From a virus (Duplodnaviria > Caudoviricetes): 35,264 bases of DNA. Below are positions 26,286-35,252 of this stretch, piece by piece. Within the stretch, counting starts at the first letter, position 1, and the number at the start of each line of letters is the position of its first letter. A model generated the notes under the pieces. It worked only from the letters and a program-made list of their open reading frames with translations, had not been told where the DNA came from and did not search any database. The stretch is taken from positions 1 through 35,264 of the IMG/VR virus record IMGVR_UViG_3300049828_000123; one strand, written 5' to 3'. The position numbers and the translations under genes are program-made.

Positions 26286-26666
26286 TTAACCGTGAGTAAT
26301 CGTACCGGTAGTCAGAGTAACCGTATCACCCGCAGTAATCGAAGTGGTCGAAAGTACAATGTTCTCCGAACCAGTACCAACCGTCAGACCATCAACAATA
26401 ACAGTACCGGTGCTGTTCTTGATCCGAGCTACAGCAGCCGTACCGGTCGCATCAGCACTAGTATCCGAAACATCGGGATCGAAGTCCAACGTCAAGACAC
26501 CATTCGTAGCAGTGCCAGATGGATCAGCCAGAGTGATAGTCGCCAGAACTGTACCATAAGCTGTCGTGCAGATTTCGATATAACCAGCCCCGGCACCACT
26601 ATCGATGTCGTTGATAACGTCCGTCATCCGCGTTTGCTTCAAAGAATCACGGTAGGTAACAGCCAT
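26286..26666 (-). CDS. Small beta-rich virion structural protein
   Basis: GGAAGG SD. Contains LATITLADP, ADATGTAAVARI and DGLTVGT, and is Thr-rich. Confidence 0.7.
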   Translation of the reverse strand: MAVTYRDSLKQTRMTDVINDIDSGAGAGYIEICTTAYGTVLATITLADPSGTATNGVLTLDFDPDVSDTSADATGTAAVARIKNSTGTVIVDGLTVGTGSENIVLSTTSITAGDTVTLTTGTITHG

Positions 26667-26668
26667 GA

Positions 26669-27175
26669 TTAACCTTCCATCAGCGCACGAAGACGCGCTG
26701 CCCGTTCATTGTATTCTTGTTCCTTGGCCGAGAGAACACCCTCACGCTTTTGGATCTGATCTTCCCGCAAGTTCAGATGAGCAGCACGCTGGTCGAGAGC
26801 CTTATTCTTTTCCAAGATAGCCACTTCTTGCCGATTGATGGTACTAGCATAACTGTCCAACTTGGCAGAGCGTTCCTGAAGTTCTCGACTAGCTTCAGCT
26901 TGCTTGGCAGCAGTTTCAACAGCCTGTGCCTCGACTTCCGCAGCCCGGGCGTTAGCCTTGTCCATAATAGCTTCGCCTTCCTTTGCCAGCTTGTCGTGGT
27001 AGGCTTGGGCCTGTTCCATCGTGCCAACCAACCCCTGACGGTTCCGCAATTCCTCAACGGCAGTCTTCATTGCTTCCAGTTGTGCCTTGAGTTCTTCAGG
27101 ATTCGACAAGGCAGAGACAAACCCCATGAACTGCAAGATCCTGTCAGCCTGTGCATAATCGTAGCTAACACTCAT
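26669..27175 (-). CDS. Coiled-coil hypothetical protein
   Basis: AAGGA SD and an A/E/Q/K/R heptad-like composition. Confidence 0.7.
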   Translation of the reverse strand: MSVSYDYAQADRILQFMGFVSALSNPEELKAQLEAMKTAVEELRNRQGLVGTMEQAQAYHDKLAKEGEAIMDKANARAAEVEAQAVETAAKQAEASRELQERSAKLDSYASTINRQEVAILEKNKALDQRAAHLNLREDQIQKREGVLSAKEQEYNERAARLRALMEG

Positions 27176-27177
27176 AG

Positions 27178-27699
27178 TTATTCCTTTTTGGTAAGTTTGA
27201 AAATCAGGTCAGTTGTTGTATTGACGTAATGTTTAGCAGCGAAGTTACGTGCATCCGTTGCTCGTTGTTTCCATTCCTCTGAGAGGTTGGCTCCTGCCTC
27301 AATCTCAAAGTTACTCTTAATGTCGTAATCACCGTAATCCAACTGCTGTAGTTCCCGCCACGGACGATTGAAGTAATGCATACTGGACGGAGCTACAGGG
27401 GGCCACTCGTGCGTGTAGTCTTGGTAAGCCCGGGAACTATTGAATGGGGGTACCACAATTACCGCAGTTGCTTCAGGTTTGAGAACTCGGTACAGTTCGT
27501 CCATGAACTTCGGACGTTCCTTTCCGGGAATGTGCTCAAAAAAATGACTGCAATACGCAGCATCTACAGAATTATCCTCAAACGGCCAAGGATAGGTTAG
27601 CAAATCATGTACGACATCTACCTCGCCTACTTGGTACTTATCAACTCCGATAGCACCTTCTTGCTTCTTCTTACCACAGGCCAGATCTAGAATTACCAC
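27178..27699 (-). CDS. Class I SAM-dependent methyltransferase (Methyltransf_11-like)
   Basis: GTG start with GGAGG SD. Motifs ILDLACG, WPFEDNSVD, SHFFEHI, ELYRVLKP and AYQDYTH. Confidence 0.88.
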   Translation of the reverse strand: MVILDLACGKKKQEGAIGVDKYQVGEVDVVHDLLTYPWPFEDNSVDAAYCSHFFEHIPGKERPKFMDELYRVLKPEATAVIVVPPFNSSRAYQDYTHEWPPVAPSSMHYFNRPWRELQQLDYGDYDIKSNFEIEAGANLSEEWKQRATDARNFAAKHYVNTTTDLIFKLTKKE

Positions 27700-28442
27700 A
27701 GTACGTCCTCCTTTGCATCATAGTGCCCACACTTGGCGTGTTGGGCTACAACGACGGTACCGCCCTTATGAGCTAACTTTTCCATGTAGTACAGATCTTG
27801 TGTATGTGCTGTAATCTTGGAAGTCTCATCATCATACTTCTGTTCCGTCATAAACCAGTTGTCTTCCAATTCGGGGAAGTACTTCTTGAACTGGTCCAGC
27901 TTGAACAGAGTGAATCCCATGCCAGTTCCATACGTCCTGATATAGCGGTCCTTGGTCGGGTGAACAACTCGGAAGTTGATCTCTGGAGCATTCACATCTC
28001 CGTAGATCATCGGGAATCCTCCCTCTCCTTTGGACCAATACAACGCTCCTGTCACATCGGCATCAGTCTCGATTGCCACAGCCAGAAGTTCAATCAAGGT
28101 GTCTGGTTCGGGAATGACATCGTCTTCCCATGTCAGCATATACTTGAACCCTGCATACTTTGATTCACTAAAGATCATCTTCAACGCATGGTTGTAGGCT
28201 TCGCCAATCTCCATGCCACACACAAACCCGGGACCAGCAAACTTCTGATTCATCGGGCGCATGATGTGATTCATAGCCGATACCCACTTGGGAGAGAGTC
28301 CACTGCCCATGCTACGGGTAGGTGTTATCGCTAGAATGCTTTGGTCTTGGTATTGAGTCTTGAGAATCTTGTCTTCTGCTTTTGCTACTCGCTCACCGTG
28401 AGCACCCTTGTAGTCCCACGGACAAAGAATGGTTGGTTGCAT
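27693..28442 (-). CDS. GT-A fold glycosyltransferase (GT2-like)
   Basis: GAGGAG SD. Motifs AITPTR, GEAYN, the DxD-like WEDDV, DVTGALY, GTGMGFTLF, QDLYY and CGH. Confidence 0.78.
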   Translation of the reverse strand: MQPTILCPWDYKGAHGERVAKAEDKILKTQYQDQSILAITPTRSMGSGLSPKWVSAMNHIMRPMNQKFAGPGFVCGMEIGEAYNHALKMIFSESKYAGFKYMLTWEDDVIPEPDTLIELLAVAIETDADVTGALYWSKGEGGFPMIYGDVNAPEINFRVVHPTKDRYIRTYGTGMGFTLFKLDQFKKYFPELEDNWFMTEQKYDDETSKITAHTQDLYYMEKLAHKGGTVVVAQHAKCGHYDAKEDVLW

Positions 28443-28455
28443 ATTACTCCTCTAG

Positions 28456-28487
28456 AAGGGAAATGGCCCCCGAAGGGGCCTTTCCTT
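28456..28487 (-). terminator. cUUCGg hairpin, probably a leaky terminator or stabiliser upstream of the glycosyltransferase
   Basis: The minus strand reads GGCCCC-TTCG-GGGGCC followed by ATTTCCCTT (weak U tract). Confidence 0.65.
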
Positions 28488-28488
28488 G

Positions 28489-28815
28489 TTACCCTTGTAC
28501 AACCTTCAGGACACCAATGGCTCCCGTCGCCGTTGCAGCCGTCATCACTAGACGGATGGCAGTTACCGGGAAGGCAATGTTTCCTTGTGCAGACGCTGTC
28601 ATATTGGACATCGCAGTGTGCTTGTACCAGTCAGTCAGCGTACCCTTCGGATCATCGAAGGTATATTCTACATCACAACTGGCTCCTTTGGAAGCGGTAA
28701 CGTTAAAACCGAGACCAATACCGAAGTCACCAGAGATCCAGTTAACAGGACAGGGGTTGCTGGAAGCAGCCCCAGTAGTCGTGTTATTGAGGGTAATGGT
28801 ATTCAGTTGAGCCAT
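28489..28815 (-). CDS. Small beta-rich virion protein
   Basis: GGGAGGG SD. Contains CDVEYTFDDP..W..H and FPVTAIRL, and lies downstream of the capsid genes. Confidence 0.7.
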   Translation of the reverse strand: MAQLNTITLNNTTTGAASSNPCPVNWISGDFGIGLGFNVTASKGASCDVEYTFDDPKGTLTDWYKHTAMSNMTASAQGNIAFPVTAIRLVMTAATATGAIGVLKVVQG

Positions 28816-28827
28816 ACACCCTCCCTA

Positions 28828-29190
28828 TTAGGTTGTACCAAAGCGACCAATAACGAAGCTGTAGGTTTCCGAAGCGGGATCAACCGCTGCTGTCGAGGCA
28901 TTGATAAAAGTCACCAGAACAGTGTTAGTGGCCGAAACACGAGCACTACCAATCGACACACCAGCCGTTACCGTGGGCTTAGTCACAGAAAGAACAATGT
29001 CACCAACCGCAACACCGGCCACAGTAGCCGTTTCTTCTTCTGCCGTTTGGGCCGCAACCGAACCCGGGTCGAAAGTAGCATCGACCTTGAACAACGACAA
29101 AAGCGCCGTTTCACCCGCAGGATTGCTCGGGCTAGTCGGACGCACGTTATTGATTACCACACCATTAGAAAAACGAGAACGCCTTGCCAT
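28828..29190 (-). CDS. Putative head decoration/fibre protein
   Basis: Immediately after the MCP, with a GAGGAG SD. Contains TVAGVAVGDIV...ARVSATNTV.VTF.N. Confidence 0.65.
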   Translation of the reverse strand: MARRSRFSNGVVINNVRPTSPSNPAGETALLSLFKVDATFDPGSVAAQTAEEETATVAGVAVGDIVLSVTKPTVTAGVSIGSARVSATNTVLVTFINASTAAVDPASETYSFVIGRFGTT

Positions 29191-29244
29191 TTCCTTCTCC
29201 TCTAGTTATTACGTTTTACCCCACGTGATCGGGACGAGGGAAGA

Positions 29245-29269
29245 GGTCCCGGGTTTATGGCCCGGGACC
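29245..29269 (-). terminator. 9-bp GC hairpin just after the major capsid gene (weak terminator or stabiliser)
   Basis: GGTCCCGGG-ccataaa-CCCGGGACC, followed only by TCTTCCC. Confidence 0.6.
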
Positions 29270-29281
29270 CTTTCTACATCA

Positions 29282-30193
29282 TTACGCTCCGGGAGTACCG
29301 AAGATACCACGCTTGTCCGAACAGCCCACGCTAAAGCGCATACGGGCCTTGAACTTCGCGTTGTCGGTATCGAAGTCGTCGTCCATCGAGAACGTGTCCT
29401 TCACGCGCTCAAACAGCTTAAGCCCGTTCGGAACATCCGTCTTGATAAACCACGCACCCGAACCCGTGGTGAGGTAGTGATTGACCACCACGCCACCCGG
29501 ATACTTACCCTTCACGACGTTAATCGTGTTGTTATTGGTACCGACTTCATACTCCGTACCCATGATCTTCATGGCATTCAGAGCATCGTCAACCGGAACG
29601 ATCAGCTTGTTGGGCTTGACCGCGATACGCAGACCACGATCATCCGTGTACTTGGAGATCTGAATCCACGCCGATTCCAGCGACGATTCCGACAAGTCAG
29701 CAGCGACAGTCAGAAGGTTCGCCCACGAACCACCCGAGATGTTCGGATGATCAGAGGCGCACAGGACCTTACCGTCACCATAGGTGTAACCAGCGGTGAA
29801 AGCACGGTTGAGAACGTTAGCCGCAACGATCTCCTTCGTTTGACGCATCGAACGAGCCAGAGACGAAGCCTTGCGCTTCCCGGCCTTGCTATACAGATCG
29901 TCCTCAACCAGTTCCTTAGTGATAACGAAACCGAGCGAGTACGTAACGTGCGTATAGCGGTCCAGAAAGCCCTGTTGCTCCGAATCATACTCAACCGGTT
30001 GACCTTCGCCCTTTTGCACGGCGAGGCCAAACGATGCCATCGAAACATCTTCTTCGTAAGCACGGTCCGAAGACTCGACAGAGAAGATATCGGTATATTC
30101 CGTCTTCCAGTCATTGTATTCGTCGCCGTACCACTTGTTAACGCCCGGCCAAAGGAGCTTACCCCAGAGACCCGTATTCATAGGTTGTGCCAT
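29282..30193 (-). CDS. Major capsid protein (HK97 fold, Mu gpT-like)
   Basis: 303 aa with LLWPGV, SSDRAYEED, KGEGQPVEYD, DGKVLCASDHP, LIVP and AWFIKTD. Strong codon bias, GAGGAG SD and a downstream hairpin. Confidence 0.9.
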   Translation of the reverse strand: MAQPMNTGLWGKLLWPGVNKWYGDEYNDWKTEYTDIFSVESSDRAYEEDVSMASFGLAVQKGEGQPVEYDSEQQGFLDRYTHVTYSLGFVITKELVEDDLYSKAGKRKASSLARSMRQTKEIVAANVLNRAFTAGYTYGDGKVLCASDHPNISGGSWANLLTVAADLSESSLESAWIQISKYTDDRGLRIAVKPNKLIVPVDDALNAMKIMGTEYEVGTNNNTINVVKGKYPGGVVVNHYLTTGSGAWFIKTDVPNGLKLFERVKDTFSMDDDFDTDNAKFKARMRFSVGCSDKRGIFGTPGA

Positions 30194-30211
30194 AATAAAT
30201 CTCCTCTAGGG

Positions 30212-30850
30212 TTAGATGCCAGCGTTACCGCTACCACCAGCTTGGTTGAGCGGCCAGTTCCACGCCACATCATACTTGGCGTTGACGTTGCCTTGATCGG
30301 CGTAGAAGGTATTGTCAACCTTCTTCGACAATCCAAGCAACTTGAACGGATGACCAGTCGCCGACGAAACCGTCGTGCTGTCAAGCTCAAGACCGGAGAC
30401 ACCGGTTGTATCGTTACCCGTACCAGCGTTAAACGACACGTTCAGACCAATCGAAGCCGCAACGATGGGAGTCGTATCCGCATCTTCTTGGCATTCAAAC
30501 ACAACATCGGGACTCGTAACCACATAAGCGATACGATCCGTCGAAGCTGCGCGATGCTTACGCATCAGGTTATCGGGATCGGGCTTAAACCCAACCACGA
30601 CGCCAACGACACCAACCGGCATAGCCGTGCTGGAAACCGTTTGTTTGGTAATAATCGGAAGCCCCGCAACATCTTCACCTTGGACACGTGCGCCGTCCGA
30701 GGGCGAAGCCCCGGTCATCTTCACGATGTCACCAATGTAGATTGCAGTCGCATCCGACGACGTGACGACAAACTTCGTCACGGCCCCATTAAAGGGTTGT
30801 CCGTTAAGATTACGGACGGGCACGAGGCCCTTGGGTGCGTCAACAGCCAT
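30212..30850 (-). CDS. Minor capsid/decoration protein
   Basis: Directly upstream of the MCP with the same biased codon usage. Contains APKGLVPV, IYIGDIV and VGVVVG...PDVVFECQ. Confidence 0.7.
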   Translation of the reverse strand: MAVDAPKGLVPVRNLNGQPFNGAVTKFVVTSSDATAIYIGDIVKMTGASPSDGARVQGEDVAGLPIITKQTVSSTAMPVGVVGVVVGFKPDPDNLMRKHRAASTDRIAYVVTSPDVVFECQEDADTTPIVAASIGLNVSFNAGTGNDTTGVSGLELDSTTVSSATGHPFKLLGLSKKVDNTFYADQGNVNAKYDVAWNWPLNQAGGSGNAGI

Positions 30851-30911
30851 AGTAATCTCCTTATTATAGGATGTTATTTATGAAGACACCTAGGCCAGAA
30901 GACTGGTACGA

Positions 30912-31352
30912 TTATTTGCGATTGGATTGACCAATCGACACACTTCCGTAGTCAGCATCCTGAGACATGCGATGTCCAGTTTCACTTTTCAACCGTCGCA
31001 TAGAGCGTTCGGTCTCAAGGATTTCAGCCTCTTGCTCCGCGTCATACTCCTTCTTGTATTCAAGTGGGAGTTTCATGAGGAATGCGGTCATACCACCACC
31101 AACACCCTTGCGAAGCCGAGAATCAGTTCCCTTAGAAATATCCACGGTGGGATCTCCACTGCCCTTTACCTCAGACTTGTTTACGAACTCATAGCCAGCT
31201 TGCTTGAACGTAAGTAGACGGTCTTCAACGTCGTTAACCCAACGATAGTAAAAGTTTGCAGTATCCAGCCCTAAAACATTAAGTTTGTCTCTTTGTTGAT
31301 TGACCGAAATGCGTTGCGGTCGTTCTTGCGATTCCCTAGATTCTCGTGTCAT
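30912..31352 (-). CDS. Head-module hypothetical protein
   Basis: YRWVND...GYEFV...AFLMKLP, located between scaffold and capsid genes. Confidence 0.75.
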   Translation of the reverse strand: MTRESRESQERPQRISVNQQRDKLNVLGLDTANFYYRWVNDVEDRLLTFKQAGYEFVNKSEVKGSGDPTVDISKGTDSRLRKGVGGGMTAFLMKLPLEYKKEYDAEQEAEILETERSMRRLKSETGHRMSQDADYGSVSIGQSNRK

Positions 31353-31355
31353 GTT

Positions 31356-32210
31356 TTAGCGCCTCCCATTAACTAGTTTAAAATCCTGCATGAACTGTTC
31401 TTTAGTAACGTGACCCCGTTTAACGAGGTTGCGGGCAATTTGCGCTTCTTCTTCTGGGAGTTCGCCCAGAAGTGCGTCGAATTCGGAATTGCCATCCTTT
31501 CGTGCTGGACTACCAGCGCCTCGGTTAGAAGCCCCATCCGGAGATGGTGCGCCGACTCTCTTAAATTTGTCAGGAAAGACCTTTCGGACTTCCGTCTCAA
31601 GATGCTTGTAAATATCGACATCTTGTGCATTCGGGTTCTTGGTCTTGAGCTTCACGGCTGCTCCGTTGGCCCAGTTCTGAAGAACCTCATCCTTTTCGTA
31701 CCACGGATTACGAGTTGCCCACTCTTGGTACAACTCATCTGCGGCAGCGGTAGCAGAACTCGCCTTGGGGGCGGGTTGTTGAGCCTTCTCAAGTTCCTTT
31801 TCGTGGGCACGGATCTTCTGGTCCAGTTCACGAACGGCCTTGGAGTCTCCTGCTTCTACTGCGGCATCCCTAGCAGCTTGTAGTTCATCGACAGCTTTTT
31901 GGTATCCCGCTTCGTACAACTTGCGGTTTTGTTCTGCAAGGTAGTTGACCATGCCTTCCAGTTCGCGCATCTTACCGCTCTGGGACTTGATCTTGCCGAG
32001 GAGTTCACCCCGGTCTACGAACACATTGGCGGGTCGCCACGCAGCAGGATCACCCTGCCACTCGTCCTTCGGTACCCAACCTTGTTCCCTTGCCTTAGCC
32101 TCAACTTCATCAATAACCGGCGCTTCGGGTGCAGCAACGGCACCTTCTGTATTACCCGGAACAACTTCCGTCTCTACCGGTTTTTGGTCTACAATCTGCT
32201 CTTCAGCCAT
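31356..32210 (-). CDS. Capsid scaffolding protein
   Basis: Acidic N-terminus, AREQGWVPKDEW, a coiled coil, AVEAGD and W..RNPWY; upstream of the MCP. Confidence 0.75.
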   Translation of the reverse strand: MAEEQIVDQKPVETEVVPGNTEGAVAAPEAPVIDEVEAKAREQGWVPKDEWQGDPAAWRPANVFVDRGELLGKIKSQSGKMRELEGMVNYLAEQNRKLYEAGYQKAVDELQAARDAAVEAGDSKAVRELDQKIRAHEKELEKAQQPAPKASSATAAADELYQEWATRNPWYEKDEVLQNWANGAAVKLKTKNPNAQDVDIYKHLETEVRKVFPDKFKRVGAPSPDGASNRGAGSPARKDGNSEFDALLGELPEEEAQIARNLVKRGHVTKEQFMQDFKLVNGRR

Positions 32211-32541
32211 TCTCTGTCTCCTCTAGGACAACTTGGATGTCCTCGTCATTCATCAGGAAGAACTCTTCTTCCGTTTCTGGATGCTTGATCAACTTACCTG
32301 CATATCGGGCGAAGATCACACGATCTCCCGGCTTGCACCAAGGTTCCCAATCAGGCTTGTCGAAATCATAGTTCTTCCAGCACATCGGGCCTACTTGCAC
32401 GACGGTGCCACGATCTGTGGCTTGTTGTTCCAACTTCTGCCCATGGCCGGGACGGGCGATTACAATCCCTCCCGCTGTAACCTCTTCAACCGGATCTCCC
32501 TTAACCAATACACGGTGTCCCGGAACTCTAATCTTCAACAT
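32203..32541 (-). CDS. groES: GroES-like co-chaperonin
   Basis: RVLVK, mobile loop EEVTAGGIVI, GTVVQVGP, GDRVIFARYAG and MNDEDI. Confidence 0.9.
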   Translation of the reverse strand: MLKIRVPGHRVLVKGDPVEEVTAGGIVIARPGHGQKLEQQATDRGTVVQVGPMCWKNYDFDKPDWEPWCKPGDRVIFARYAGKLIKHPETEEEFFLMNDEDIQVVLEETENG

Positions 32542-32764
32542 CGATCACTCCCTCTTCGGGCTGGATAAACTCAGGACGCCAATTAAGGACTTCGTCGGTG
32601 AGCTTTGCGTAGGCCCTGATAAACTGGTCTTCATCCGGGTCTGGTCGACCCCTATTAATCATCTTGGCTACATACATCTCAAGAGTCTCCATCAGAGAAC
32701 TCATCAACTCTTGTGTACCGGGGTGGTGCTTCCACTCCGAATACCGCTCTACAGTCATGGGCAT
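32528..32764 (-). CDS. Hypothetical protein
   Basis: AGGAG SD before ATG32764, with an EWKHHPGT motif; located between portal and GroES. Confidence 0.7.
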   Translation of the reverse strand: MPMTVERYSEWKHHPGTQELMSSLMETLEMYVAKMINRGRPDPDEDQFIRAYAKLTDEVLNWRPEFIQPEEGVIDVED

Positions 32765-32829
32765 AAAATCTCCTAAGTCTACTTCTCTTGTTTGTCTTAG
32801 ATTGTTATTGCTTTTATACAAACCTCTTG

Positions 32830-33033
32830 TTACAGTGTTCCGACACGCCTGATGCGATTAACCAACGTCAATTCAGGAAGTCGTTCTGCCTTCTTGTCGG
32901 GGTCCTTTTCAGCAAAGGCAACAGGAAGGGCATAGTCATAGTTGTCAATGGTAGGATCATTTTCTTCCACAAACGCAAGACCGGTCCAGTCCTCATTCCA
33001 CACAATGTACTTTACCGCCTTCTTGTACGCCAT
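32830..33033 (-). CDS. Hypothetical protein
   Basis: TAATG overlap with the portal stop and an AGGAG SD. Confidence 0.65.
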   Translation of the reverse strand: MAYKKAVKYIVWNEDWTGLAFVEENDPTIDNYDYALPVAFAEKDPDKKAERLPELTLVNRIRRVGTL

Positions 33034-35252
33034 TACTTTTCTCCTTTTTGAGGGGCTTTTTGTTTAGCTTGTTGTTCTTGCAGTCGCAACTTCTGAGCAC
33101 CAGAGGCTTCCTTGAATTGCATGTCCATTTGACGCTGCTGATGCTTGGATTGGATGTCAGACACCGAATCCACTTGCTTCATACGTGCGTCCATTAGCAT
33201 TTCCTGCTGTTTCAATTCTAGCTCTTTCTCCTTGAACTTGAGATCCAACGCCTTCATGTTAGCTTCAAGTTCAGCAATACGTTCCTTCATTTGCATCTCT
33301 TGTGTCATCATCTGACTCTCAAGCTGGCTCTTCTGTTGCAGGGCTTGCTGTTGAGCCTGAGCTTGTTGTTGCTTCGGATCAGGCTGTGGCGGGGGAGGAG
33401 GTTGCAGCCACTCGTCCACATCCGGCAGTTCCAGCATTTCCAGAGACTTTTGCGTGAAGACTTGCGGGTTGATGGTGCCCATCGGGATCAACTGCCCAAT
33501 GAACTGCATCTTTTGCTGCCTCATCGCAAAACTATCCCCGGCAGGGTCGGCTCCGGGAGTGATCATCCACTCGGGAAAGTCGTAATCCGACACTTGCAGA
33601 GGAATACCAGACAACTGTACTTCTTGTTCCAACGTATCCGGGTTAAGCTTGTTAAGCCGGAAGAGTTTCTTGAACTCCGACTCAAGAGACCGGTAAATCC
33701 GCTTGTAGATCGCGGTAAAGACTGCCATGGACTGCTGAACGGTCTCCTGAGTCGTCGTAGCTGGTGTATTCTGCCCGGGCATCTTGCCAACAAAGATCTC
33801 TGCGATAGAGGCAAGCTGGTTTCCGGACTGAATCAACAATTGCATCAAATTCATCAAGACTGCACTGGGTTCCTTGGAGGGAAGGGGGAAGATAGACTTC
33901 GAAAGGTCGTCTCCGGTGGCGTTAACCACCCTCCATTCCCCGGGTCGAAGGGGCGTATCTCCCATCTTGACCCTCAAACCCTTGCCGATGAGTCCCGACT
34001 GGAGGTTATTCAACGTCCCGGCGTCAATAAGTTGATTAATGAGTGTATTAATCGAGATATTGAGGGGTCCGAGCAGTGCTCCGAACCCAAGGGCGTAGAT
34101 AGAACCGTCCGGATTGGGAATAAATGGGAAAGCAGTAAAATACTCCACCGGCTTGATGTGTAGTATATCACCTTTTTCGTTAAAAGTCACCCCGTCTGAG
34201 TCATATCGGGCAACAATTCGCACAACCTTCCGGGAATCCCGGTGGACAGTGACCACATACGGCTCTTCATAGCCGTCCTCATCCAGATCTAGGTAGGTAT
34301 GCTGCGATAAAAAGACGAGAGGAGTAGAGGAATCTTCACCCGGGCGTTCAAGCTTGTTAGCTATCGCCTCTTTTTCTTTTCCTGCGTCAACAGATGCACT
34401 AATATCGTCCAATACATCCAAGAACTCCTCGTCGTTAAGAACTTTTGAGCGGACATCGTTCTCATGGTAGTTGAGAATCTCCGTTTTGCGGTAGGCCGAG
34501 TCCAGATCCTTGGCATAATAATTGACTACAAGGTTCTCTGGGAAGACCAGACAGCTTTTATTCCGCTTCTCGATGCCATCGTAGTAGGTTTTCTTGAAGA
34601 CAACCCCGGAAATGGCGCAAGTCATGAGCAATTTGTCCATGTCTTCTTCCCATCCGGACATGATGTGACGGATCTGGAAGGACATATGATTGGAAACACG
34701 CCTAGCAGCGTCCCTGAGGGCCTTGTTGGGGTGCTTCTGGGGTAGGGCCGTGGTCACGATGTGGCCCGTTGTAGGGACCAAGGAGGGGTACGCACGGGCC
34801 GAGAACTGCATGGCAGCGGTGGCGATCAGGGGGAACTTGACGTTCGACGCCTTGGGCCATGGGAAAGTCTTATTTTCGCGGATCAGGAGGGCCAACTTGA
34901 GCCATTCCTTGTTATTCTTCATCCAATCTTCGCGGGACATCTCGTCGGACTCATATCCGGTGAGGACTTGTTCTGCAATCTTGTGCAGCCTGTCCTCGCC
35001 ATCCTTCTTCTTTCGAATATGCTTGGCGAGATTCGCCTGAGAAAGGGCGAAGTCAATGTATTTCTGCATCGGATCGGTGGTAGGAGCGGTCTCTTGACCG
35101 GCTTCCATGGCAGGACCCTCTTGCGGAGGAGCGCTTTGCGCCGCCAGCATTGCAGGATCAGCGCCGCCGCCACCCATCTGGTCCATTCCCGGCATCCCTT
35201 GTTGCATCCCCTGTGAGGGGTCATTCATCATAGTGCCTTGGCCTTGATCCAT
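33033..35252 (-). CDS. Portal protein
   Basis: 739 aa with PWPKASNV..PLI..AAMQF.ARAYP, FKKTYYD, DLDEDGYEEPY, NQLIDAGTL.N and a long Q-rich C-terminal coiled coil (barrel). It is the first gene of the head module. Confidence 0.88.
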   Translation of the reverse strand: MDQGQGTMMNDPSQGMQQGMPGMDQMGGGGADPAMLAAQSAPPQEGPAMEAGQETAPTTDPMQKYIDFALSQANLAKHIRKKKDGEDRLHKIAEQVLTGYESDEMSREDWMKNNKEWLKLALLIRENKTFPWPKASNVKFPLIATAAMQFSARAYPSLVPTTGHIVTTALPQKHPNKALRDAARRVSNHMSFQIRHIMSGWEEDMDKLLMTCAISGVVFKKTYYDGIEKRNKSCLVFPENLVVNYYAKDLDSAYRKTEILNYHENDVRSKVLNDEEFLDVLDDISASVDAGKEKEAIANKLERPGEDSSTPLVFLSQHTYLDLDEDGYEEPYVVTVHRDSRKVVRIVARYDSDGVTFNEKGDILHIKPVEYFTAFPFIPNPDGSIYALGFGALLGPLNISINTLINQLIDAGTLNNLQSGLIGKGLRVKMGDTPLRPGEWRVVNATGDDLSKSIFPLPSKEPSAVLMNLMQLLIQSGNQLASIAEIFVGKMPGQNTPATTTQETVQQSMAVFTAIYKRIYRSLESEFKKLFRLNKLNPDTLEQEVQLSGIPLQVSDYDFPEWMITPGADPAGDSFAMRQQKMQFIGQLIPMGTINPQVFTQKSLEMLELPDVDEWLQPPPPPQPDPKQQQAQAQQQALQQKSQLESQMMTQEMQMKERIAELEANMKALDLKFKEKELELKQQEMLMDARMKQVDSVSDIQSKHQQRQMDMQFKEASGAQKLRLQEQQAKQKAPQKGEK

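Noticed and set aside
28901-30883. 660-aa ORF on the + strand
   Set aside because: It is an antisense shadow of the strongly codon-biased capsid genes, with no SD, no motifs and atypical composition.
30858-30906. Sigma70 promoter (TATAAT) and small hairpin upstream of the minor capsid gene
   Set aside because: TATAAT abuts the SD, so a transcript would start within or after it. There is no clear -35, and the stem is only 4 bp.
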